Virus record (IMG/VR): IMGVR_UViG_3300024999_000068
Coordinates: 1 to 64,000 of that record
Source: a virus
Direction: 5' to 3' (one strand)
DNA: 64,000 nucleotides
Below the pieces are notes generated by a model, which saw nothing but the letters and a program-made list of their open reading frames with translations, was not told the DNA's origin and searched no databases. The translations under genes were made by a program, and so were the position numbers. Positions 38,887 through 48,604 of this stretch are shown here, one piece after another (position 1 is the stretch's first letter; each line of letters begins with the position of its first letter).

Positions 38887-41298
38887 GTGGCTTTTGAATT
38901 TAATAATCCTTTAGTAATGCAATTAAGAGCAGGTACTATTTCAGATCCATATGTTGATAAATCAGATTTGAGAGTTATAATAAATAATCAGATTACTCTT
39001 GATGAGATACCTGATCAATTTAACCACGTTTCAATAGGTGGATATACTGAAGTTTTTAAATTAGAAGAATTAACATCTTCTAATTTTTATGTAAATTATT
39101 TAAATGGTTGTGTGACGTTTTTATCTTCTGAAGAAAGTAAAACAGTGACAGCAGTTTACAAGGGAAGAGGAATAATTCAATACCCAGGAGAGAGGGTCTA
39201 TATACCTGATATAAATGGGGGAAATGTATCAACTGCAATTCAAAATATTATCAACACAGAACTATCAACCTTAGAAACAATTAATACATTAACAGGTAAT
39301 ATATCATCAATTAGTCAGTCTATGGCAACCCTAGTAAGTGGTCAACTAACTATTGATACAACTGCTAAAACCATTACTACTTTGGCAGGAAGTTTATATG
39401 CAATATCAAACAAAATTAAAACTTTAACAGGTGGAACATTATCATATTCAGGACTTGATGGCACAGTTTTTTATGTTTATGTAAATGAGGCAAATATTTA
39501 TGTATCTTTACAAGGATATGAAACATCTGGAACAACTTATCTGCTAGGAGTCATAAGAAGTAATCGTTTTTATGCTTTGGATGCTAGGAATATACAAGTA
39601 GATGGAAATTGGAATGGTGGAGAAAAAAATTCTACACAGATAGTAGCTGAAGCATCTTTAGAAGCAGTTGTCGCGAGAAGTGGAGAATTATCTCTAGACG
39701 CTAGACTCAGTAAAATTGAAAATGGAGATAGAAATTCTGCAATTAATCCTGTCTTAATTAGTGGTCAAATAACTATTGATACTGTTGCTAAGACAGCAGT
39801 CGTTTTAGCAGGTAGTATGTATAGTTTGAATAAAGCAGTCGTAGTATTAAATACACAAACAATAAATTATTCTGCAATTATTGGAACTGTTTTTTATGTT
39901 TATGTAAAAGGTGCAGTCATAATTATTAGTGGACAAAGTTATACGGTTGATAAAGACACCCATTTATTAGGAGTTATTAGAAACGAACGTTTTTACGCTT
40001 TGGATACTAGAAATATAATCGTAAATAATAAATGGAACGGTGGAGAAAGGAATGCAGATCAAATTATTACAGAAGCAGAAGCAGAAACAATTACAGCTAG
40101 AAGTACAGAAACTTCATTAGATGCTAGACTTAGTAAAATTGAAACAGGAGTAAGGAATGTAGCAATCGTAGCAACATTATTAAGTGGAAGATTCACTGTT
40201 AATTCAATTGCAAAAACTTTGGTTGTTTTAGATGGCAGTATGTATAGTTTGAATAAATCAGTAGTGGTATTACCAGCACAAACTATTGACTATTCGGCAA
40301 TTGAAGGTTCTGTATTTTATGTTTATGTAAAAAATACTACTGTAATTGTAAGTGGACAAAATTATGTTTCTTTAGATAAAGATACACATTTTATGGGAGT
40401 TATTAGAAGTGGTCGTTTTTATGGACTTGATACTAGGAATATATTAGTTGACAATAAATGGAATGGAGGAGAGAAAAGTGCAGAACAAATTGTTGCGCTT
40501 TCAATTGTTGGAGCAAAAGCATTAACATCTACTATTGTAACTGTCGGGCAGAGTGGAGGAGTAGACTTTTCTAATATTCAAGACGCAATTGATAGTATAG
40601 TTGATGATAGTGCAATAAAACCTTATGTCATAGCAGTTATGCCAGGGATATATCCAAGATTTACACTAATGTATAAACCAGGAGCTTTAAGATATGTGTC
40701 TATTATTGGGATAGATAAGAAATCATGTATAGTTAAAGACGATAGTGGTAATTATTTAACCCCTCCTGCAAATATAAATACGAATGGCGATATTAAAAAG
40801 CTAACATTTATTGCTACTCACGATGTTCCAGTTTGGGAATCGGATACAAGAAAGGCATATGCTATTCATTGCGACTTCAATACTGAACAGCTAAATATTG
40901 AAGATTGTATACTTATATCATATCAAGCTCCTGCCATCGGCATAGGTTTACATCCTAACGAAACTATAACACTTAAAAATTGTGAATTATACTCATATGC
41001 AACTGCTGATTATGGAAATTTAGTTAATCATGGAGCATTGTTTTGTCATGCTGCTGAATTGGCTAATACTTTGAATCAAAAATTAATTGTAGATAATTGC
41101 AAGTTATATCATGCAAATAGCTTTGGGTTAAGAGTTCAAGATTCTTTGCTAGAAAACTCAAAGGTTACATTTACAATTACAAGAACTGGAGTTTATTCAG
41201 GTGTGCTTGGCAAAGATTGTATTTATACAAACGGAACAACTGACGTTGTGCCAACACCAGATAGTTTTGGAAATTCACATGTTTCACTAAATCCTTAA
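38887..41298 (+). CDS. Tail spike/fibre with three internal repeats and C-terminal pectinesterase-like beta-helix
   Basis: Three SG(Q/R).T...RFY(A/G)LD.RNI..WNGGE units; VTVGQSGGVDFSNIQDAID...VMPGIY beta-helix cap. Confidence 0.75.
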   Translation: MAFEFNNPLVMQLRAGTISDPYVDKSDLRVIINNQITLDEIPDQFNHVSIGGYTEVFKLEELTSSNFYVNYLNGCVTFLSSEESKTVTAVYKGRGIIQYPGERVYIPDINGGNVSTAIQNIINTELSTLETINTLTGNISSISQSMATLVSGQLTIDTTAKTITTLAGSLYAISNKIKTLTGGTLSYSGLDGTVFYVYVNEANIYVSLQGYETSGTTYLLGVIRSNRFYALDARNIQVDGNWNGGEKNSTQIVAEASLEAVVARSGELSLDARLSKIENGDRNSAINPVLISGQITIDTVAKTAVVLAGSMYSLNKAVVVLNTQTINYSAIIGTVFYVYVKGAVIIISGQSYTVDKDTHLLGVIRNERFYALDTRNIIVNNKWNGGERNADQIITEAEAETITARSTETSLDARLSKIETGVRNVAIVATLLSGRFTVNSIAKTLVVLDGSMYSLNKSVVVLPAQTIDYSAIEGSVFYVYVKNTTVIVSGQNYVSLDKDTHFMGVIRSGRFYGLDTRNILVDNKWNGGEKSAEQIVALSIVGAKALTSTIVTVGQSGGVDFSNIQDAIDSIVDDSAIKPYVIAVMPGIYPRFTLMYKPGALRYVSIIGIDKKSCIVKDDSGNYLTPPANINTNGDIKKLTFIATHDVPVWESDTRKAYAIHCDFNTEQLNIEDCILISYQAPAIGIGLHPNETITLKNCELYSYATADYGNLVNHGALFCHAAELANTLNQKLIVDNCKLYHANSFGLRVQDSLLENSKVTFTITRTGVYSGVLGKDCIYTNGTTDVVPTPDSFGNSHVSLNP

Positions 41299-41447
41299 GA
41301 GATTTATTATTAATTCCTTCAATGATCTTCGATATTGTAAAATTCTAAATTATATTGTCGCAAAACAATTATTAATGTCGCACGGCAGGAAATTAGAATT
41401 GACTCATAGAAATAAAGTATAATAGGAGACAAAGGAGGAATTATATT

Positions 41448-42380
41448 TTGTCTAAAAGAAATAAGAAACAATTAACATCTAGGTTTATAATATCATCATT
41501 TACTGCATTGGCAATTTTTGCAATTATTATAGCAGTAATAACACAATATACACAAAAAGAAATAGTTGTGGCATCTAATAATATTGTTGTAGCAAAATCA
41601 TTAGGTAAAAATCATGATAATCTTATTACTGTTGGTCAAAATGAAAATGTGGATTATAACAATATTCAGGACGCTATTGATAATGCCAAAGATGATGAAT
41701 CAAATCCTGTTACAATAACTGTAGATTCTGGAATATATCCAAGATTTTCCCTTAAACCAAGACCAGGAGTTCTAAGATATGTATCAATAGTTGGAGTGGA
41801 CAAAAAGACTTGCATCATCAAAGACGATAGCGGGAATTATCTGACGCCTCCTGCTGAAATATGTACAAATGGAGTCATAAAAAGCTTAACGTTTATTGCA
41901 ACCCATGAAAAAGAAGTATGGGAGTCTGATAAAAGAAAATCATATGCTATTCATTCAGATTTTAATACACAACAATTAATGATAGAAGATTGTATATTGA
42001 AAAGTTATCAGGCTCCAGCTATAGGAATAGGATTACATCAAAATGAGACAATTACACTAAAAAATTGCGAATTATATAGTTATGCAGAATTAAATTATGG
42101 AGGATTATATAATTACGGAGCGTTATTTTGTCATTCAGCAGAATTAGCTAATACTTTGAATCAAAATTTAGTATTGGATGAATGTAAAATTTATCATGCA
42201 AATAGTTATGCTTTAAGAGTGCAAAATTCATTATTAGAAAATTCAAAGATTACATTTACGTCTATTAAAACCAATACTTATTCTGGCGGTTTAGGGGATA
42301 AATGTATTTATATGAATGGAATTACAGATGTTGAGCAAACACCAGATAGTTTTGGTAATTATCATAGTGAATTTAATTAA
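41448..42380 (+). CDS. Membrane-anchored/secreted paralog of the tail-spike C-terminal domain
   Basis: Basic N-terminus plus hydrophobic helix, then long near-identical blocks shared with the spike (KDDSGNYLTPPA, SYQAPAIGIGLH, AELANTLNQ). Confidence 0.8.
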   Translation: MSKRNKKQLTSRFIISSFTALAIFAIIIAVITQYTQKEIVVASNNIVVAKSLGKNHDNLITVGQNENVDYNNIQDAIDNAKDDESNPVTITVDSGIYPRFSLKPRPGVLRYVSIVGVDKKTCIIKDDSGNYLTPPAEICTNGVIKSLTFIATHEKEVWESDKRKSYAIHSDFNTQQLMIEDCILKSYQAPAIGIGLHQNETITLKNCELYSYAELNYGGLYNYGALFCHSAELANTLNQNLVLDECKIYHANSYALRVQNSLLENSKITFTSIKTNTYSGGLGDKCIYMNGITDVEQTPDSFGNYHSEFN

Positions 42381-42437
42381 TAATGATAGTAGATGATATA
42401 AATCAGGGAGGTAACATATAGTTTTAGGAGGTAACAT

Positions 42438-42752
42438 ATGATCACACGAATTGAATTATCTAATGGAGAATCATTTGAAAAAATAATTGAAGTTCAGGAA
42501 TATATTGATACAACATTGACTACTACAATCGCTAATATAATTATTGGAAAAAATTCTGAAGGTATTCTGCCTAATATCACAGATATTTATGATGAGTTTT
42601 CTGCTTCATTAGAAGATATAAAAATTTATGCCAAAGATAGTGAATTGTTAGAAGAATATTTAAGTGCTACTCTTACAGGATATATTAATATTCGTTCTGT
42701 GAGTAAAAGCTATAATTATAATTCTATATCGGTTGCGTTGACTAAGGTTTAA
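42438..42752 (+). CDS. Hypothetical protein
   Basis: RBS ggagg; 13-nt ggaggtaacatat duplicated at 42407 and 42427. Confidence 0.55.
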   Translation: MITRIELSNGESFEKIIEVQEYIDTTLTTTIANIIIGKNSEGILPNITDIYDEFSASLEDIKIYAKDSELLEEYLSATLTGYINIRSVSKSYNYNSISVALTKV

Positions 42753-42852
42753 TGTTTAAGGTTTTTGGAGATGTTGGAATAGTGATTTAGGGATGAGAAG
42801 TTGCTTTGAGTGACTTCTTATTTATTTTTATTTTGTTTAGGAAGGTGAAAGT

Positions 42853-43713
42853 ATGCCGATAAGTGTATTAAATAGTGGGCATGGTGATTCTGATACAGGA
42901 GCTATTGCAAACGGGTTAATTGAAAGAGATATTAACATGGTAGTTTCTAAAATAGCAAAAGAATTAATGGAGTTTAATGGGATTACAGTTCCACCTATTA
43001 TTAGTGGATCTGATTTAAATGAAGTGATTCGTCAAGTAAATTTAATTAAAAATGCTAATCTTTGCCACAGTATCCATCATAATGCAGGTGGAGGAGATGG
43101 TTCCGAAACAATTCATTCTGTTTTTTATGGTCAGGGTACAGTTTTTGCAAAAATAATGGAAGAGGAATTTGATAAACTTGGTCAGAACAGACATGGATCG
43201 GGGGACTTAATAAAATTAAGTTCAGATGGTGTTCATGATTATTATGGATTTATTCGCAGTACCAATCCACCTGCAATTATTTCTGAATATGCTTTTATTG
43301 ATAGTAGTGATTATAAATCTATTGACACTTACGAAAAACAACATGCTGAAGGTGAGGCGATTGCAAAAGCTCACTGTAGATTCTATGGTATTGAATTTAA
43401 GAGTCCTAAAAATACTTCAACTACTCAAACAAAAAATAATAATAAAGGAAGTGATAATAATATGTTAGACGTTGCAATTTTAAAATATTCTTCAGAAGAT
43501 GAGTGGTCTGCAAAAGATATAGACGCTAAATTCGGTGGAGTAGCTAATTTTACTAGACAAGGAACAGATAAAAAAATCCCCTCTGCTTGCTTAAATTCAA
43601 AACTTCTAATTATTATTGGTGGATCAGATATTCCAACACATTCAAATCGCATTTATCTTTCTGGAAACACAAAATATGACACGGCAATTTTAGTTGGGAA
43701 GTATTTAGGATAA
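42853..43713 (+). CDS. Endolysin, N-acetylmuramoyl-L-alanine amidase (Amidase_3) with cell-wall-binding C-terminus
   Basis: NSGHG..D.GA, E, SIHHNA, PAIISEYAFID; C-terminal LSGNTKYDTA (CWB2-like). Confidence 0.9.
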   Translation: MPISVLNSGHGDSDTGAIANGLIERDINMVVSKIAKELMEFNGITVPPIISGSDLNEVIRQVNLIKNANLCHSIHHNAGGGDGSETIHSVFYGQGTVFAKIMEEEFDKLGQNRHGSGDLIKLSSDGVHDYYGFIRSTNPPAIISEYAFIDSSDYKSIDTYEKQHAEGEAIAKAHCRFYGIEFKSPKNTSTTQTKNNNKGSDNNMLDVAILKYSSEDEWSAKDIDAKFGGVANFTRQGTDKKIPSACLNSKLLIIIGGSDIPTHSNRIYLSGNTKYDTAILVGKYLG

Positions 43714-43734
43714 AGTAATTTTAAAAACCAAAAT

Positions 43735-43763
43735 TAGAGATACGAAATAAAATCGTATCTCTA
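43735..43763 (+). terminator. Stem-loop terminator
   Basis: tagagatacga-aataaaa-tcgtatctcta. Confidence 0.55.
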
Positions 43764-43829
43764 ATAATATGATTTAATTGATATTTTAAAAATTAAAATC
43801 AAATTATTATTTATTAAATTGTCTATGTA

Positions 43830-43931
43830 TTCGCAAGCCCAGACTTACATTCTGAGACTTGCTAGACTATACAAAATTGCCCTTTTGTGTAGTCTTGACG
43901 TAACTATATCATAGAAAGGGGCAGAAGTCAA
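43830..43931 (-). ncRNA. Putative antisense sRNA with SigA promoter opposite the lysis-gene leader
   Basis: Minus-strand TTGACT (43931-43926)-17-TATAGT (43908-43903) with TGn; two hairpins downstream. Confidence 0.45.
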
Positions 43932-44309
43932 ATGGATAATATAATTATGGAAGAGGTGTTAAATGTGGATGAGAATGATTTTAAAGAGGTTAAAGAGGTG
44001 TTGGATAGTCATGGTTGCAGAATTGGTAAACTTGAAATCGATAGTGAAGTTATGAAAGAACGCTGGGGAAACATAACTTCTCAATTAACAAGAATTGAAA
44101 ATAGTTCATTGACTGGTAATAATGCCTTGTTAGCAAGCAATAATGCTGTTTTATCAACTTTAAACAAAGTAATAGAAGGGAAAGCAACTCAATCAACAAA
44201 TAACAAAGATATAATTATTAAAATAGTAACTATAGGTGGTTCAATTATTACTTTATTTATTTTGGGATATTTTGCTTTAAAAGGTGTAGATGTAAGTATT
44301 ATTAAATAA
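43932..44309 (+). CDS. Holin-like/XhlA-like protein (coiled coil + C-terminal TM)
   Basis: C-terminal hydrophobic helix; lies between amidase and holin. Confidence 0.55.
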   Translation: MDNIIMEEVLNVDENDFKEVKEVLDSHGCRIGKLEIDSEVMKERWGNITSQLTRIENSSLTGNNALLASNNAVLSTLNKVIEGKATQSTNNKDIIIKIVTIGGSIITLFILGYFALKGVDVSIIK

Positions 44310-44335
44310 AAATAAAAATAAGGAAGTGTATTTAT

Positions 44336-44689
44336 ATGGATTACAGTATTTTTAACCTTGGATTATCTCTTTTAATTTTAGCCACAATTAACATCGTCTT
44401 AGGAAGTGTCTCAGGTATTTTTAACCAACAATTTGATAAAACAAAATTCCTAAAAGGGATTGTAAAAGCATTAATTGTCGTTTTATCATTCGTAGCAGTA
44501 ATATATGTTGGCTCATTGAACCCAAATATTTTGATGGTAAACGTTGATGGAAATCAAGTAAATTTATCTAATGCAACATATTTGCTTATGATGTCAGGGT
44601 ATTTATATTATGGCAAAAATGTTTTGATTAAATTGTCAAGTTTTGTAAGTGGAAAATATAAAATAGACGAAACCAAAGAGGTGGAATAA
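44336..44689 (+). CDS. Holin
   Basis: Three hydrophobic segments, FDKTKFLKGIVK motif, charged C-tail. Confidence 0.65.
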   Translation: MDYSIFNLGLSLLILATINIVLGSVSGIFNQQFDKTKFLKGIVKALIVVLSFVAVIYVGSLNPNILMVNVDGNQVNLSNATYLLMMSGYLYYGKNVLIKLSSFVSGKYKIDETKEVE

Positions 44690-45011
44690 TAATTATGACA
44701 ACTATAAAATCGGCATTAGAAAAATTAAACAAATCATACACGAATATTTGCATTACAATTTATTTTGGGTACAGGAGTATTTTACTAAAACTAAATTTGA
44801 TTGAAATGTAAAATATTACTATCGACCAACAAATAACTCAAAATAAAACCTTTCTAAGTCTCTAAAAAACATAGGTCCTAACAATCTATCACAAAACAAA
44901 TTTAAACTCAACCTATCATCATTTCTGTACATATCATAATATTACACAACCTGAAACCATTGCTATGAGCGTGTTTCAGAGAGTGAAAATATCATAAAAA
45001 TTCCAAAGTTT

Positions 45012-45041
45012 AAGAAGTCATCTTAATGGTGACTTCTTTTT
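45012..45041 (+). terminator. Rho-independent terminator ending the late region
   Basis: aagaagtcatc-ttaat-ggtgacttcttttt. Confidence 0.65.
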
Positions 45042-45205
45042 GCTTTTATAATATTAAATATAAATCCCAGAAAAGGGCCAATTTAATGGATATTTTGTGA
45101 TTTTTAGGTTTTGAAAATCAAGATATAGGCTGGTTGTAGAGGTTGTCATTTATTGGCAATCTCTATTTATTATGTTAAAAAGTAAAAATATTAAATAAAG
45201 GAGAT

Positions 45206-45400
45206 ATGAATTATATGATTACTAAGGAAAAGGAATTTGTTTATATTTATAATCAATTTCAATCACAATTCTACTTTTCTAAAGGAATCTTGCCTATCAA
45301 AGTTGGAACTGGTAGTAAAGGTGATCCATATACAATGTTTAAAAATAATGAAGATATAAAATTAGCTTTTACTGAGTGGTGTACTCGTCGTAAGAAATAA
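45206..45400 (+). CDS. Small conserved phage protein (DUF5659-like)
   Basis: VYIYNQFQSQFYF..G...F....W pattern; RBS ggag. Confidence 0.5.
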   Translation: MNYMITKEKEFVYIYNQFQSQFYFSKGILPIKVGTGSKGDPYTMFKNNEDIKLAFTEWCTRRKK

Positions 45401-45447
45401 TAATTCTTACATGATATGAAGAGATATGAAAGGAATAGTGAATTTAT

Positions 45448-46995
45448 GTGGAAGAGGCATCAACAAAGAAAAGTAAAGTCTATGTCAAAGATGGTATTGA
45501 AATTGCAAAAAAGATGGGACAACTTTATGTTACATATAGAAAGAAATTTATTGAACAATATCAAGACAAAGAAAACAATGATATTAAATGTGCAGAGCGT
45601 AAATTTGCATTAAATGATTCTATGATATTAAAACATTTAACTCAAGAAAAAACGATTGGAGTATTTTCAGGAAGTATAATAACTTCATTCATGTGTTTTG
45701 ATGTAGATATTAAAGATGATAAATTATGTGAGTGGGCAGTTTATAAAATAGTTAATGCTTTGCAAGATTTGGGAATAGCAGGTAAATATATTCATATTAG
45801 TATAAGTGGTTCAAAGGGATATCATATCGAAATTTTCTTTGACGAACCAGTTTATCTCAATAATATAGAAACATTATATTTAATGGTTCTTAATGAAACA
45901 GATTTACTAAATATTGATTATGGAGAAATAGAACTTAGACCATGCAAAACAAAGACTAATAAGGTATTAGGAGTTAAATTACCTTTAGGCAAAAATCTTA
46001 AAACTAATAACACTTGTTGGTTTTGTGACTATGGTAAAGGGTTATTGCCTATTAAGAAGTATGATTATGTTTTATCAATTGAATCAATGCCAAAAGAAAT
46101 ATTATTGGATATTTTAGAAAAAGAAGATGATATTACAGTAACTCCCGAACAACAAGACAAAATTGAAGCAATTACAGAAAAACACAAACCATTATCAGAA
46201 TACAAAAATAATGTTGATGAGAAATACACAGTAGAACAAATAGAAAATATAATAACTAATGGGTTACAAATTAAAGGATCGAGGCATAATGCTTTATTCA
46301 ATATTATTAAGTATTATAAACACTTAGGAGTGTCCCAAGAAGATAACAAAGAATGGGTTACTGAATGGATGCATCAACAAGATAAAACAACTTACACAAC
46401 AAAATGGGAAACTGTATTATTAGATATTGAGGAAATTCTTGAATATGTCTATACAAACAATTGTAGTTTTGTAATTAAGAATTTAAACATTGATGTTAGT
46501 ATGGAAGAAATAATGGAGATTATTAAAATTAAAGGTAAGAATAATCAATTAACATTATACTCATTGCTTGTCCATAGTAAAAGATATTCTGTAAAGAGTG
46601 GGCAATTTTATATGTCTTATAATCAAATGATGGAAGTTACAGGATTAACAAAAATGACATTAATTAAAATAATACATCAGTTAGAGGATTTAAAATTGAT
46701 CGTAGTTACAAGAGGAGGTAAAGCGAAATATAATACCAAATTAAATAAACCAATCACAGATACTAATAGATATATTATAAACCTATTGGGTATAAAAACA
46801 GAAATTGAGAATGAAGTAAGTATTGCTGAATTAAAATCATTTAAAGTATGCGATAAGAATTGTGTAGGATGTTTTAATGCTTGTTTGTTTAATATGTATT
46901 CTAAGAAAGATTTAAAGGTAATATTAAGTGAAAGAAATTATAGTGAAGTAATAAAGTATAAGGATTATTGTACTAATATTATGGTTAATGTTTAA
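45448..46995 (+). CDS. Archaeo-eukaryotic primase (AEP) with PriCT-like and C-terminal HTH domains (Rep/primase)
   Basis: CFDVD (motif I), SGSKGYH (motif II), GSRHNAL (PriCT), SYNQMMEVTGLTKMTLIKIIHQLE (wHTH). Confidence 0.75.
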   Translation: MEEASTKKSKVYVKDGIEIAKKMGQLYVTYRKKFIEQYQDKENNDIKCAERKFALNDSMILKHLTQEKTIGVFSGSIITSFMCFDVDIKDDKLCEWAVYKIVNALQDLGIAGKYIHISISGSKGYHIEIFFDEPVYLNNIETLYLMVLNETDLLNIDYGEIELRPCKTKTNKVLGVKLPLGKNLKTNNTCWFCDYGKGLLPIKKYDYVLSIESMPKEILLDILEKEDDITVTPEQQDKIEAITEKHKPLSEYKNNVDEKYTVEQIENIITNGLQIKGSRHNALFNIIKYYKHLGVSQEDNKEWVTEWMHQQDKTTYTTKWETVLLDIEEILEYVYTNNCSFVIKNLNIDVSMEEIMEIIKIKGKNNQLTLYSLLVHSKRYSVKSGQFYMSYNQMMEVTGLTKMTLIKIIHQLEDLKLIVVTRGGKAKYNTKLNKPITDTNRYIINLLGIKTEIENEVSIAELKSFKVCDKNCVGCFNACLFNMYSKKDLKVILSERNYSEVIKYKDYCTNIMVNV

Positions 46996-47221
46996 TATAA
47001 GGTAATAAATACTAGTATTTAATCTATATCATTATAATAGTTAATCAATAGTAATAGTAAAGGTAGTAGTGAGGGACTAGGGTAACGAGGTTACGAAGAA
47101 CCCAACGTGGGTTTTATATAATAACCTATTGGGTATAATATCGTCGGTTTTTTCGGAGGGGGTTTGCCCCCTTATTTTTATTCCATAAATTAATTAAAGA
47201 TATGAGGAGATGTGATTAATA

Positions 47222-47785
47222 ATGATAAAGCAAATGGGGATTTATAAGATAGAAAATAAAGTTAATAAAATGATTTATATTGGGAGTACAACTAATTTTG
47301 ATAATAGAAAAAGGAAGCATATAGATGATTTAAAGAATGGCGCACATTGTAATTTTAAACTACAAAATGACTATGATAAATATGGCGAGAATAATTTCAA
47401 TTTCTTCTTTTTCAATATGGTAGAAAATAGAGATTCTTTAGAAAGAGAAGAAGAGGATGAAATTAATGCTTACTTAAAAATAATGGGAAGAGAATATATT
47501 TACAATATAAACTTAACTCCTAGTATAGATTTTAAAGATATAGATAGAAAAGAATTTAATTATCAGATGGTTAAGGATAATTCATGTAAATATTGTGATG
47601 ATGTTTCAGGAGATGTTCTTGTTTCAAATGAAAATAATATAATTAGAGAAGATGAAGAATATTGGGTTTATATTCAAGATAATTTAATGATATTGTTGGA
47701 AGCAGACGATGGTGGTTCAAGTTATCTTGGGGATAAAGTAATTAATTATTGTCCAATGTGTGGAAGAAAATTATATAGTAAGTAA
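47222..47785 (+). CDS. GIY-YIG endonuclease domain with Zn-ribbon C-terminus
   Basis: GIYKIENKVNKMIYIGST...RKRKH; C-terminal CKYC...INYCPMCGRKL. Confidence 0.75.
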   Translation: MIKQMGIYKIENKVNKMIYIGSTTNFDNRKRKHIDDLKNGAHCNFKLQNDYDKYGENNFNFFFFNMVENRDSLEREEEDEINAYLKIMGREYIYNINLTPSIDFKDIDRKEFNYQMVKDNSCKYCDDVSGDVLVSNENNIIREDEEYWVYIQDNLMILLEADDGGSSYLGDKVINYCPMCGRKLYSK

Positions 47786-48021
47786 GTTCTATGCAAACCA
47801 ATAAATAAAATTCCACATGACATAAATCTATAAATAATGTTACAATATATTTGTAAGTGATTAAGTAATTCACTTTCAACCTCACTTACACTCTCTTTCA
47901 TCCTAAGAGGTAATCTTTTTGTAATGAAAGGATTATCTCTATTTTTCCAACTTTTCCTTTTGACTTTGTATGACTTGTACACTATAATTATCTAATAAAC
48001 CAATTAGGAGAGATTATTATA

Positions 48022-48531
48022 ATGGAAAAGATTAAAAATGAATTCTTCTATACAGAAGATATGTATAAAGAGTATTGTAAACTTAAATCTAATATAGCGA
48101 GTGATGGAAATGGAGTTAAGCATCACTGGATATTATCAAGATGTTCTTTAAATAAATGGATTAAAAAGAATAAAATATCTGAACATATGCTATTGAGAAT
48201 GAAAATGCGAATAAAACAAGAACGTGAAGTAAAATTAGAAAAAGTTACTGAAACCAATACTAAAGAAGACGATGCTGAAATTTATGAATTTGCATTAGAA
48301 ATCTTTAATATGAAAGTTAATTCTACTATTGATTGGGAATATGGAAAAGTAGATTCAGATATATTAATGGGAATAAAGAAATTATGGATGTTTGATTGCT
48401 TATTGATTATGTCTGCGTCATATGGTGGAGGTTTTGATAGTATTTTATGGATAAATAGAGATACCAAACCTAGAGATATTTATAAGTGGTTGATGGACAC
48501 TTATATAGAACCTGTAATAAATCCAACATAA
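48022..48531 (+). CDS. Hypothetical protein
   Basis: Promoter TTGACT-17-TATAAT near 47960-47988 and RBS aggag. Confidence 0.55.
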   Translation: MEKIKNEFFYTEDMYKEYCKLKSNIASDGNGVKHHWILSRCSLNKWIKKNKISEHMLLRMKMRIKQEREVKLEKVTETNTKEDDAEIYEFALEIFNMKVNSTIDWEYGKVDSDILMGIKKLWMFDCLLIMSASYGGGFDSILWINRDTKPRDIYKWLMDTYIEPVINPT

Positions 48532-48604
48532 TTACCTTCTATCTATTACCTTTTGACAATCATATACTCTTCCTCTATAATTAGTATAATAGGAGAGTGA
48601 TTAA

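Noticed and set aside
40530-42380. Diversity-generating retroelement TR/VR pair (spike C-terminus versus downstream copy)
   Set aside because: Differences are spread over all bases and often synonymous, both copies are long coding regions, and no reverse transcriptase is in the window.
44770-45150. Recombination/att or terminus site after the lysis cassette (ctgaaac...gtttcag at about 44951-44978)
   Set aside because: Only a short inverted repeat; no partner site or recombinase in the window.
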